DNA from: Neocallimastix sp. 'constans'
Taxonomy: Eukaryota
Reading direction: 5' to 3'
NCBI GenBank assembly: GCA_050613775.1
Contig: JBODTK010000158.1
Location: 248,001-312,000 of the forward strand
Length of the DNA stretch: 64,000 bases
This document shows, one piece after another, positions 35,192 through 61,145 of the stretch. The stretch's first letter is position 1, and each line of letters begins with the position of its first letter. A model generated the notes under the pieces. It was not told where the DNA came from, did not search any database, and saw nothing but the letters and a program-made list of their open reading frames with translations. The translations under genes were made by a program, and so were the position numbers.

Positions 35192-36381
35192 ATGTGTGAA
35201 AAAGTTTTTCAAATCGTTCCCACTGTTCAAAATTACGCTTGGGGTAAAATTGGTTTAAACAGTAAAGTTGCGGAATTAATCTCAAATGCATATCCAGAAA
35301 TTGAAATTGATAAAAGTCAAACTTATGCTGAAGTAATAATAATAATAATAAAATTTATTTATTTATATATTTAAAAAAAAAAATATTTTAATAATTATAT
35401 TATGTTTATATATATATTATTTTATTTTATAACAGTTATGGATGGGAACACATCCAAATGGACCTTCTGTAATAAAAAATACTGGTGAATTATTAAAAAG
35501 TTATATTTCAAAAAATCCAGAATTACTTACAACTGATATAGCTGCAAAATACGGTGATTTACCATTTTTATTTAAAGTACTTTCTATTAGAAAAGCTTTA
35601 TCTATTCAAGCTCATCCAGATAAAAAATTAGCTGAGTATCTATTTCAAAATTTTCCAGATAAATATAAAGGTAAAATAATTTAAAGATATACATATTTAT
35701 ATATATGCACTAATATTACAAATTTTAATAAATAAAATAACATTTTACAAATTAATAAATTTAACTTTATTATATGTTTTTTTTTTTTTTTTTTTTTTTT
35801 TGTAAATATATATATATTAAATAATATTATTATTAATAATATAAAATAAAAGATGACAATCACAAACCAGAAATGGCCATAGCATTGACACCTTTTGAAG
35901 GTCTTTGTGGTTTTAGACCACTTGAAAATATTAAGAATAATATTCAAAAGTATCCAGAAATCATTGACGCCATTGGTAAAGAAATTGTTGATGAATTTAT
36001 GGATATTACAAAAGATACACAATCTAAAAATGTTTTAGATATTGAAAGAAATAAGAATGCTTTAAAAAATCTTTATAGATCATTAATGGAACAAAATCAT
36101 ACCATTATTAAAACTCAACTTGACAAATTAATTAGTCGTATTTCTAAAATCGATCCAAATCCACCAAAGGGAACTTTAGATGAAGTTTTAATAAGAATTG
36201 AAAAACAATATCCAGGTGATGTTGGAATTTTCTCGATTTTCTTATTAAACTTTGTATCCTTAAAACCTGGAGAAGGTTTATATTTAGCAGCTAATGAACC
36301 ACATGCATACGTTTCGGGAGGTAATATTAAATTAAATTTAAAGACAATCTAAATTTTAATATTTGATGAAAATAATAATTG

Positions 36382-36421
<40 letters not shown>

Positions 36422-37251
36422 TAATACTACTATACCGTATATTTCAAATTTATAATGTAAAATAATAGTAATAATAAAAAAAAAAATATAATTAAATTTA
36501 ATAAATAATTATATTTATATTACATTATATATATATATATATATATTGTTAGTTATAATTGTGATAACTATCATAATCATTATAGTATAATAATATTATT
36601 ATTATAATTGTTATTTTAGTTATTGTAATTATTAAAATTTACAATATTATTAGTATTTATTTATTTATTTCATTGTTAATTTAAAAATTATTTATTATTA
36701 TTGATATTAGTATCCATAGTAAGATTTATAATACTGTTTTTATTAATAATATATATCTAATATTAAATTTTATTAAATTATTTTGTTTAGACTGTATTGA
36801 ATGTATGGCTGCTAGTGATAATGTTGTTCGTGCTGGATTAACACCAAAATTTAAAGATGTAGAAACTTTAGTTGATATGTTAACATATACTTGTAAATCA
36901 GCGGACAATCAAATTGTTTCAGGATCATCATATTTAAATTCCACTTCAACTGTATTATATAATCCACCTATTGAAGAATTTTCTATTTTATGTACCACTT
37001 TATCGTCAGATGGTATAAAATCAGAAACATTTGAAGGTGTTAAAGGACCAAGTATTATACTTACTACAGAAGGAAAAGGCCGAATAATTTATAACGAAAA
37101 AATTTTCGACACATGTGCAGGTTCTGTATTCTTTGTTGGTGCAAATACATCTATTACTTTAGAAACTTCAAGTAATAAAACTATATTCTATCGTGCTTAT
37201 TCTGAACTATCCAAAATTCAATCATTCGATAATATAAATGAAAATGAATAA
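35192..37251 (+). CDS. PMI40: Mannose-6-phosphate isomerase, type I; exons 35192-35332, 35436-35670, 35853-36320, 36791-37251
   Basis: [82 protein letters not shown]. Confidence 0.96.
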
Positions 37252-37581
37252 ATAAACATAATTTTTTTTTTAAAAAAAAAAAAAAAAGAAAAAGAAAAAG
37301 AAAAAAGAAAAAGCGCGTAGTATCATCGATAATGATATTTACATTATATATTATATATATATATTAAATATTAATTAAAATTAAAGAATATTATAAATTT
37401 ATATAAACTATATAATCATATATAGATATATACATATACAATCATAGAAATAGATAATTATTATTAAAAAAATATTTAAAAATTACCAATTATAAACACA
37501 CATATATATAATAGTATAAATCATTGAATTTAGTTGATAAAATAAGTTTTTTTTTAAAGAAAACAATAAATATTCATATTT

Positions 37582-37626
<45 letters not shown>

Positions 37627-39294
37627 TATATTTTTATATATTTTTGTTTTCATAATTTTCCTTATAATTTATATATATAAATTTATTTTTCCATTTTTAT
37701 AAATATAATTATTCTAAATTAAATCAAAATAAAAAAAAAAATAAAATAAAATAAAATAAAATAAAAAAAAAAAAAAAAAAAAAATAGATATATTATAATG
37801 CTTTATTTATGTTGTTTATATTTCAGAATGTTTAATTTTATTAATCTTTAATTGTAAAATAAAAAGAAAATGGTTTTGCAAATAAAAAAAAAAAAAAGAT
37901 AATAATAATACATTACAATTTTTATGTTTATAATGACTAAAAATTTAGTAAAAATAGATAATTCTGATTGTTCATATCCATTATCATTGAATTATAAATC
38001 ATTATTATTCGAAATAAAATATATGGAGTTACTTTATAATAATGTGTTAATATAACAACTTTTAAATTTATACTTTTAAATATTTAACAAAGTATATAAA
38101 TAAATATATTTGAGAAAATATTTATCTTACTTTGTTAATAAACACACATAATATATATTTTATACAAAATATATAATTTTATTATTTATTTATTAATTCT
38201 CTTATAAAACATTATAATTCATATAAAATGCACTTTTATTAATATTTTCTATTCACTTATTTTTGGATTAATAATATATAATATTAATTTAATATTATAC
38301 AATTTGATGCTACTAATATTAATGTATACGTAGTTTATATTGTATACAAATTGTATTTATTTTTATAATAATTTTATAAATTCTTTATCAGGTTTCCCTT
38401 TAAATATCACTTTGAGATATATGAATAAAATATTAAATAAAGATTTTATTTTTTATTTTTTTATAATCCATCTTTTTATAAAAAATAATAATAATAATAA
38501 ATAAGTAAATAAAATAAAATATATAAAATTAATGATAAATTTTTTTTCTTTGTTATTGTGTATTTTAACCATTAATTTTAATAATATATATATATATATA
38601 TATATATTTTAAAAAGTCCACATGTTAATTTATTTTAAACTATTTGTTGAAATTCATCTTTGCTATTTAATATAAAAAAAAAAAATTTTTTTTATTTAAC
38701 AATTTTTAATTTTTATTTTAAATTTTATAATCAAATGTTTTTTTCTTTTTTTTTTTTTTTTTCGCTATAATTTTTTTTTTTTTTTTTTTTGAGATTTTTA
38801 ATTATAAATTTTACCAAAAATGTATTTGTTATCTTTAATGTATATATTTCTTATATATTTAAAGTTTGTAATACTAAAGTGTTATATTTTTGAAGACACA
38901 CAAAATATTAAAAAAAAATAATTTAATACTATTAGTAACAGAGAATCTAACAAAAGTTAATCTTATATAATAATAATATATTTAATTATAATAATTATAT
39001 TAGAACTTTCCTATATTTATTAAAAAATTATAAATTTCATATTAGCAATTTAAACATTATTTCTACTCTAAATTTAGTATAATAAATTAATAATTACTCT
39101 ATTTAAAATTCTGTAAAATTATAAAACTATTTTTATAATATATTATTAGTACAATTAGCTATAAATAAGTAATAAAAGTAATAATTTAAAAATATATAAT
39201 ATTTATTTATTACCATGAAATTAATGATGAAACTTGAATTTAAATATAATTTAAAAATATATTCTAATAATAAAATGTAAAGAAATGACCTGAT

Positions 39295-39700
39295 CTAGTA
39301 AATTTTATCATTGGCGATTCCTCCATATTTCTTTTTTAAGTACTCTATAATTTCAACGGATGATACAATTACAATCACTTCTTTGTGAATTTCGGAAGAT
39401 ATGGATATATGGATTCCTAGATGAACAGTCTTACAGAAACATTTTCGGAATTTATTTTAATCTTTTCTTCGGGTTTTAGGATTCAAAGGATCTATATTTT
39501 TTAATTTTATTCTCCTTCAAAAACTCGCTAAATGTTGCTCTTTGTACCATTCCATCAATGTTATCTGACCAAAGTATAAATTCCTTCGGTCCTTTCAGAA
39601 TGGTTATTCTCTCTCGGGAAATTTTATTCTTATTTAATTCTCCAAAGATTTTGAAACTCCTGACTTATTAACCGACTAGTTAATACGATCGACGTTTGAG
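39295..39700 (-). mobile_element. Degenerate Ty1/copia gag fragment
   Basis: Locally higher GC. Minus-strand frames give 'ITILKGPKEFILWSDNI' and 'SISSEIHKEVI..SSVEIIEYLKKKYGG', matching copia gag N-terminal/UBN2-like motifs, broken by stops and frameshifts. Confidence 0.6.
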
Positions 39701-39896
39701 AGTTTTACTATACTATTTTATCAAAATTATTTATTTTATTATACTTTATTAAGACTCAAGACAAAAAAAAAAAAAAAAAAAAAAAAAAAACATTTAATTA
39801 AAGAATAATTAATTCATATATTTTTTACTTTTAATACATTAATTTATTACATTAAATTCATTTTATTGTAAATTTTATATTAAATTAACAATTACT

Positions 39897-40100
<204 letters not shown>

Positions 40101-40255
40101 TGTTAATAATTAAATCCAATTGTAAATTATATGTATAATAAAAATTAATATATAAATAATATATTAAGAAAAAAATAAAATAAAACAAAATAAAAAAAAA
40201 ATACTAATTGAGGGTATAATGAATATATAATTAATATATTAAATACTTTTTATTA

Positions 40256-49783
<9,528 letters not shown>

Positions 49784-50098
49784 TTTTGTCACAACGTACT
49801 TAAATATCAAAAAAATTAATAATAATAATTTTAAAAAAAGATTTAAGAAATATGTAATATTAAAATTCATTAATTAAAAATAGTACATGTAAATATATAG
49901 GTAAATATATATTTATTTATTTATAATTGAATAATATTTTTAAATTTTGATTTTAATTATTAATTTAAATTTTTTTTCATGAAATTCATTTTATATTAAA
50001 ATTCAATTTCAGAATTTCAAATTGAACCACATATAACTTTTAATACTATTAAAATAAAAATATAAAGAATGAAAAATTATTAATTAATTCTTTTTCAA

Positions 50099-50136
<38 letters not shown>

Positions 50137-50246
50137 GAATGTTACACAATAAATAATACATTTTGTTTCTGGTAATTTGATTATTAAATTATTGAAAAAA
50201 AAAAATTTTAAAAAATGTTGTCCGGTATATAATTATTTATTTATCT

Positions 50247-50299
<53 letters not shown>

Positions 50300-50439
50300 A
50301 AAATTTAATTAATTGCAATAATAAATAACATCAATTTATAATAACTAATCTCAAATATAATTTTACTTTTATGTGAATAATTGGGTTAGGTTATATGGTC
50401 TTTATTCAAAGGGAAGTTAGGAACTACATTCTAAAAAAA

Positions 50440-51235
50440 TTAATTATCACTATCTGGGAATAATGTTAGTTTAATTATAGTATGTAAATCATCTAAACCA
50501 ATACGTGAATTATATCTAATTAATTCATCGGGATCAACTGTTTCTAAATAAGATAATGTAGTTTCTATTCTTTTTAAAGATTTTGCAGGTATTGTTTGAA
50601 TAGTGTTTGATGTTCCTAAACCACGTAAAAGTGATATAATTATACCAACAGCACCTTTTTTTTTAAAAAAAAAAAAAAATTATGTATATTGAAAATTAAT
50701 AATTAATAAAAATAATAAAATTTTAAGAATATATATTACCTCTTCTTGACGTAGTAACTTTATCTAAAGCCAATAAGTCAAGAACATATTCTGTAATTCT
50801 ATTAAAGTATCTAGTTAAAGACAATGGACATGTTTCACAAACCATTGACAGCAAGGAAAGAGCACTAGAACGCATTTCTGGGGCTTCATCATGTAGAACA
50901 ATAAATATATCTGGAACAATTATATCAACTATATTTAAATATATTATTATGCAACGTTAAAAAATAATTTATTTCATTTTATGTATATAACGCTTTACGT
51001 ATAACTGAAATCTATAATATAATATACTCGAACTTACCATATTTACCAAAAGTATCTCCAGCTCTTTGAATAGTTTGTAACAATGCTTCACCCAAACGAA
51101 GTCTATAATCCATTTGATTCTGATTACCTTTCGTTGAGCATTTATAAATTTTTAAAATCTCAGGTATAACCTTAAATGGATGAGTATCAGTTAATGCAGA
51201 TAAACCTTTAACAGCATTTAAATAAATAAAACTAA

Positions 51236-51287
<52 letters not shown>

Positions 51288-52330
51288 TAAAAAAATAAAT
51301 AATTAATTAATTAATTAATTAATTATATTATTTAAGAAGTAAAAAAATAATAAAAATAAAATAAAAAAATAAAAAATGATATAAAATTTATATTAATAAC
51401 TTAATAACAATAATAAGTATTAATAAATATTTATATAGATATATATACACTAAAATGGCTGACCCATTTACTATTAATTAAAACTTTAAATTAATATATC
51501 AATATAATAAATATTTTATTAAAATTTAATAAATTACCTATCTTGGTCTTCAATTTGATTTAAAAATATTTTTATAATATCATCTAAATTTTCATTTGCA
51601 ACTTCATCTCTTTTAAGAATCATATGTCGTAATTCTGTCATACCATGAGCACGAACTGGTAATAATTCATCAGCCATATCTTTCATAGCTTCCTTAAATT
51701 GTTCTTCAGAATCTTTACGTTGTTTCGTCACTATTATTTAATTATTAAATATATTTATAAAAATTTTAAGTAACATTATCATTCTTATTATTTCCACTAT
51801 TTTTATATATCTTATTATTTTATAAATTTTATATTTTATTTACTTATTTACTTAGTTAATTAATTAATTAATTATCTATTAAGTTTACCTGTTTTTCCAT
51901 TATTTAAACTTTGATTAATATTCCTTTGAGCAATAATCATTGTTCTTAAATCTTTTGATACTTCTCTAATTTCTTTAACTTCATGGGTGTTTAAGGTTTG
52001 TAATATGGCCAAGATTTCATCTAAAATTTCTGGATTATTTAATGTTGGGCATTCTATAAATTACATTAAAAATAGCTTAATATTAATATTAATAATATGA
52101 ATAATATAAAATACAATAAAGTATTTACCTGATAATGTTGTTTCTAATAAACTAAGAGCAATTGATAATGATTCAATATCATTTTCTTCACCAACAAGCA
52201 TACTCTTAACAAAATTTAATATATCATCTGGTTTTTTAATAATAGAATGACCTATTTTTTCAATAATTTTCATAATAACTTGTATTGTGGTCATAATTCT
52301 TATTAAATATAAATATATAAACATTAAAAT

Positions 52331-52370
<40 letters not shown>

Positions 52371-52613
52371 GGTATTTTATTTCATAAAAAGCAGTGTTAA
52401 TAATCTATAATAAATTAAAAGTCAATTATAATTATATATATTAATACCTCATATTTTCAACAGTTGAAGCATCTTTATCTATATCTTCACGATTAAACTT
52501 CCATTCCAATAAAAGTTGTAAAAATAAACTACTAATTAAATCAGCATTATCTATCAATTTTAAGAATTCAACATAAATATCCGGATTTATTGTAACTTTA
52601 GTGCTATTAGTAT

Positions 52614-52664
<51 letters not shown>

Positions 52665-53650
52665 GATAATAAGTAATGGTGATAATTATATAAATTTAAT
52701 TTGTAACATAAGAATCTTATTTATTTTTTTTAAAATAATTCATATTGATAATTACTTTTTATCATCTATATATCTTAAAACAATACCACCAGTTGGACCT
52801 GGTGCAAAAATTTTATCTTGTAATGTATTTTCGTAATAATATAATAATGTCTTTAAAATAGTAATTGAATGTTCTGGTTTAACAATTCTGAAATATACAG
52901 AAAGAATATCATAAACATCTGTTTTTAAATTTGAACTATTTCTGTTTGCTAATTCATAAATAAAATACAATGGTATTATTGCTGATAATTATAAATAAAT
53001 ATATATATATATATATATATATAATTTTACTAATGTATTGGTATAATTCATTATATATATATTAAATTTTCATATGCATAATATATATTTACCCCCAGAA
53101 AGCATATTCATTAATTCAATACATGGTTCATTACCAATTAATAATAAATGAATAGATATAATAGATTTTTTAATATCTTCCTCGGATTTAACAATATTAT
53201 TATCAAGACTTTCTTCTTCAGGACTATTTATATGAATGTGAAAGAAAAAAAAATAAAAATAATATTGATAATAATATCATTATTAATAATAATTTCATAA
53301 ACATACGGCAATATTGTTATATCTTATTATCTTTCAAATAACTTACTTTTCAATAATTTGTTTATCAATTTGTTTTTTAGCATCAATAGTGGTAAATTTT
53401 GTCAAAGGTTCTATTACTTTATCTATTAAATACTTTTTAATAAATATTGGATATTTTTGAAGTAACTTAATGGATATAAATGCAGTAGCTTTAACAGTGG
53501 ATGGATGAACATTATTTTCATTTATTAATATTTCATAAATTTGATTACTAATAATAGAGCAATAGTCCTATTAATAATTTATATTATTATGTATAAAATT
53601 TATATTGAATATTAATGAAAAATGATAAATACATATATAATAATACCATG

Positions 53651-53698
<48 letters not shown>

Positions 53699-54198
53699 TA
53701 TAATTAATATTTCATTTATTTTTTATACCTCAACTGAACCGGCTTGCCATGGTACTGTAGTAACTAATCTTGCCATTTTTTCTAATGCATTTATACTTGG
53801 TAATTCTATTAATGAATAATATTTTTTCATATAACAATATAATATTTTATTAATAAAAATATTTAAAATATATAAAATAAATATTTTAAATTTTAATAAT
53901 ATTTAAAATATTAAAACTAATATATATTTAACATTAATATCTACCATCATCAACTGAAGTTGGCTGAATCATAAATTCTAACAATTTTCTCATACCATTA
54001 TTTCTTAACAAAGTTTTCGATAAATATCTCCCGCAAATTACTTTTAACCAAATTGGTGATTGATTAAGACTTGAACCCAAAAGAAGTGTTAAAGCTTGAA
54101 TTGAATAATATGGATCTATTCTATTAAATTAATTTTAAATAAATTAATATATATATATATATATATAATTATTATAAAAAGTTTTTTATAATATTTAA

Positions 54199-54230
<32 letters not shown>

Positions 54231-55537
54231 TTACTTTATATATATATCATTAAACATAGCTATACTTTTTTCTTTATATATAATTCGATCGTTTTTTTGA
54301 TTAATTGAAAGTTTTTCTATTGATGAGACTAAATTAGCTGGAGTTATAGGTTGATTCGTCTGAGTTAGTTGATTTTGCTGATTCAAAGATTGAGACTTTG
54401 TATTTTGACTTTTATTAAGTGGTGATTTTCCTAAAGGAGCATAACCTAGTTGTAATAATCCTGCGTATAAATCTGGTATATATTTCTGGAAAATTATAGA
54501 TTGAACTGTAGTAGTATTGTAATAATTTGTAAAATCTTTTAAAATATCATAAAAACATTGACATATAATATAAACTTTTTTCCAATCTTTTTCTTGACTA
54601 GTAATAATAATTTCTTTTATCATAATTAAAATATTATATTAATATTTAATATATAAAATATTGGTAATAATTATTATTTATATGCATATATATATAATAT
54701 TTCAAAAAATTGTATTAATATACCAAAACAACAACAATAATAATAATAATAATAATAAAATTTAATAGATTATATATTATGTTATTAATAATTATTAAAA
54801 TAATAGATAATTTTACCTTGATTTTTTAATATATTTGAATTTACCCTTTTTCCTAAAGAAATTCCAACACCTTTCATTAAAGATGGATATAAGCCCCAAC
54901 AAATAATTATTTCAATTAACATATGTACATTTTTTAAATCCTTTACACCAAATATTTCATTCTCTAATTTATCTTTAAGTTTTAATGTGAAAAAATAAAA
55001 TAATATATATAATATAAAATATTGTAATATTAGATTAATATTAAATTTTAAGTTTCAATGCAAAATATAAAATTTATAAAATATTCATATGAATGTATGT
55101 ATACCTTTATGGTATCTTTCATAAAAACTGGTATGAATTAAATGTAATATTTCTAATCCATATTTTACATATATCCAATAACAACTTGTATCATTTACTT
55201 TTAATTCTGAAGAAAATAATTGACCTTCAAATGTTTCTTTAATTTTATTATCTTCTCTATATTTAAGTAATGCATTTATTCTATCTGGTAATTTGACTGT
55301 TAAATCACGTTTATCGTTTTTATGTTTTTCTTTAATACATTTATAAAATAAATAAAAATAAGTTCAGTTAATTATGTATAATTATTGATATTAATATTAC
55401 ATAATATTTTCTTATTATTATATAAAATAATAATATTTTTTCTTTGAATAAATATATAATAAACCTTCTGTTAATCCAAGAAATATATTTAATTGACTTA
55501 TAGCTAAGTCAATTTTTAGATCCAAATTTTTAGACAT
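50440..55537 (-). CDS. RTP1: RNA polymerase II assembly factor Rtp1 / TANGO6 homolog (ARM/HEAT repeats), multi-exon
   Basis: C-terminal motifs 'DELLPVRAHGMTELR', 'DQDSFIYLNAVKGLSALTD', 'DYRLRLGEALLQTIQRAG', 'MRSSALSLLS', 'RRGAVGII'. N-terminal 'EIIICWGLYPSL..GVGISL.KR'. Confidence 0.85.
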
Positions 55538-55708
55538 TATTAAAAAATTTTATTATAGCTTAAATTCAAAGAAATTATTTTTTATTAAAATCTAATTATT
55601 CTTATTAAAAAAATAAAATAAAATAAAATAAAATTTAAAATATCGAAATAAAATACAAATAATTAATTTTAAATTATTTTCTTAATATATGAAATTTTAT
55701 AAATAAAA

Positions 55709-55830
<122 letters not shown>

Positions 55831-56321
55831 TATACAGAATCTAAAATTTAAAATTAAATTAAAACATTATCTTAAAAAATTAAATTTCATTTAAAATAAA
55901 TATTTCATTACTAAAATTAAAATTATTTCTTTCAAAACTCTTTATTCAATAATATTTAAGCAATCAAAACAAAAAAAAAAAAAAATAATAATAATAATAA
56001 TAATAATAGTACTATTAATAATAGTTATTATAATAGAATTTAATATCAACTAATGTTATATATTATTAAAATTATTAACAATAATTAAAGCATAATAATC
56101 TTTTTACCTATATAATAATATTTAACGCTTATTCAATTAAATAAAATAATATTTTATATACACATTTATTTAAAAAAAGAAAAAAAATAATTATATAAAA
56201 TATCTTAAAAAGACACTAATATTAAAATAATCTTAACATATAAAAATAAAAATAAAAAAAAGGTTCTTTTTTTTTCTTTTTAGTTCTTTTTATTATATAA
56301 AATTTGTTTTAAAAAACATAA

Positions 56322-56373
<52 letters not shown>

Positions 56374-56918
56374 TATACTATCTAAAAATTATTTTTAAAA
56401 ATTTTGAAAGTTACACAAAAAAAAATAATTTTTTCTTAAAAGGAATTTCCAATCATCAATAAATAATCTTTTTTTCTTTTTCTTTATTAAATATAATATT
56501 ATTTTAAATTTGTATTAATTTATCATCTTTTTACAACAAAGTTTATTTTTTTTTTTTTTTTTATTTATATACTTTTTTTTTATATCTTATTCAAATTTTA
56601 AGGTAATACTATAACATAATGAAATTATATTATAATATAAAAATTTATTATTAATAATTAAATTTTTAAGCAATAAAAACTTATTATAGATCATATATTT
56701 TTTTTTAATATCTAAATTATTAATATTTGTATATTTTAAGTTATTTTAAATATTAAATTGATATTAAATTTTAACTTTTTTAATATACACAGAATTATAG
56801 ATAATACTAACATAAAAATATTGATTTATAAATATACATTTTATAAATTTATTATAATTCTTTCGAAATATAAAATTATTTATTAATCAATATAAAAATA
56901 TAGTATATTAATAACATC

Positions 56919-58185
56919 ATGGCTAGAAAAAGAAAAAGAAATAATAAAAACTTTTCTAATAATAAGTTTGAGGATGAAGAAAATGAATACATTACCTTTG
57001 ATGAAAATAAAAGAAAGTAATATTTAATCTTTTATTTATTATTTAAATGAAATTAGAATTCTCATATTATGTATTTTAATGTCATGAAAGCTGAGAAAAT
57101 AATTAATTGTAAAACGAATATTTTATATTCTGAATAAATTATTTTATTAAAGGGATTTCTTGACAGGATTCCATAAAAGAAAGCTTGAAAAAAAGCAAAG
57201 GACTATAGATAGAATTAATAAAAGAATAAAAATGGAAGAGCAAGAAGCTAAAAAAGAAGTATGAACTTTAAAAAATAATCATGCTTAATTTTAACTTATT
57301 TACTAAATATTTAATTGACTGTTTTAAATTTTACTTATTATAATATTTAATAATGAATTTATTAATATAAATAGAGACGTAAAAGTGAAAGAGATTCAAA
57401 ATTAAAAATTTTACATACATTAGAACATATAGAAAAAGTTCAAAAAGTAATTGAAGGCGCACCAATTGATACATTAAATTCAGATGATGAATCTAATGAT
57501 AAATTTGAAGGCATTCAAAATAAAGAAATTAATACTGAAGAAATAAAAAAGACATCAATATCTTCTGATGATACCCATAAAAAAAATATTGAAAGTATAT
57601 CAGAATACAAAGGGAATAAGACTCTCACAACAGTTACCACTGTTTCAGGATTTGACATTTCAAATCCATTAGCAGATTTTGAAGATGAAATTAACGAATT
57701 AAATGATAGTAATAAGAAAGGCCATAATAATAATTATGAAAATGAAGAAATTGTGAAACCAAGTCAGCATAAAGAATATTTAATTAAATCAATTAAGCAA
57801 AAAAAGAAACATAATAATAGTGTTAAGTAAGTTTAATTTTCTATAATATAATAAATTTATTTATTATATATCCACTAATATATTAATTATTAATCAATGT
57901 AATAACCTAACCTTTATATGTTTACTTATATTTATTATTATAATCATTATTAAAACGTACATATATTATATATATTTATTATAAAAATTATGATAACCTG
58001 CATTCACTATATATGTATTATATTTATTATTATTATTATTATTTTCTATATATATTATTCATATATTATACCAATATTTATTATTATTTTTATTATTATA
58101 ACAAATAATAATAATCATAACTAGAAATAAGAATATTAAAGGAAAATTTAAAAATAATAAGAAAAATAATAAAAGAAGAAAGTAA
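56919..58185 (+). CDS. RRP17: Nucleolar protein Rrp17/NOL12 (Nop25 domain); exons 56919-57016, 57153-57258, 57375-57826, 58125-58185; absent from the ORF track
   Basis: 'ITFDENKRK|DFLTGFHKRKLEKK' signature, 'LTTVTTV' strand and Lys-rich C-terminus. Confidence 0.9.
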
Positions 58186-58356
58186 TTTTTTTTTTAATTT
58201 TTCTTTCTCTTTTTTTATTTTCAAATTATTATTTTAACATTTTTTTATCATCTTTATTCTTCAGACATTTTAATCTATATTTTATTATTATTATTTTTAC
58301 TTATATTCTATTTATTAATATTATTTCAGTTATTACTTCATTATTAATTCTATTTA

Positions 58357-58394
<38 letters not shown>

Positions 58395-58715
58395 AATAAA
58401 TAATAATATATGAATTATCATCATCATAGTTGTAATTATTTTTATTATCATTTTTATTATTATTTGTGTATTTAATACTATTGGAAAAAATAAAATAAGA
58501 TTAATTTAAAAGTTATTTATTTCACTATTAATTATAATTTAAAATTTTATTAATGTCAAAATAAATAAATAAATAAATAAATAAATATTTTCGATATTTA
58601 TCTTAATTATCAATTTTCATAATATTAATTATTTTATTACATTCATATTGTTAATTTTATATTTGACTAAGTCAAAATAAAAACAAAAAAAAATTTCTAC
58701 AAAATATTTGAAAAT

Positions 58716-60787
<2,072 letters not shown>

Positions 60788-61145
60788 TTTATTTTTATAC
60801 TTTTATTTTATAATTAATATAAACAATTTACTAATAAATGAATATTTTTTTACTCCCTTTATATTAATTTATTTAAAATTAACCTAAATTTTTTATTATT
60901 AATCAAAGTTTTTTATTTATTTATTTTTTATTATTATTATTATTATTGTTGTTATTATTGTTATTGTTATTGTTATTGTTATTATTATTAATTTAAAAAA
61001 ATAAATAAATGAAAATTAAATATTTATTAAAAATTATCTTTTATAAACAATCCAATTTACTTTCAAAGTTATATTTTTTATTAATTCATTATTAAATTGA
61101 ATAAAATAAAATAAAAATAAAAAAAATAATAGTGACCAAAAAAAA

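Noticed and set aside
39290..39790. GC-richer island plus poly-A as a structured ncRNA or LINE 3' end
   Set aside because: The minus strand translates to copia gag motifs, and poly-A runs are ubiquitous in this window.
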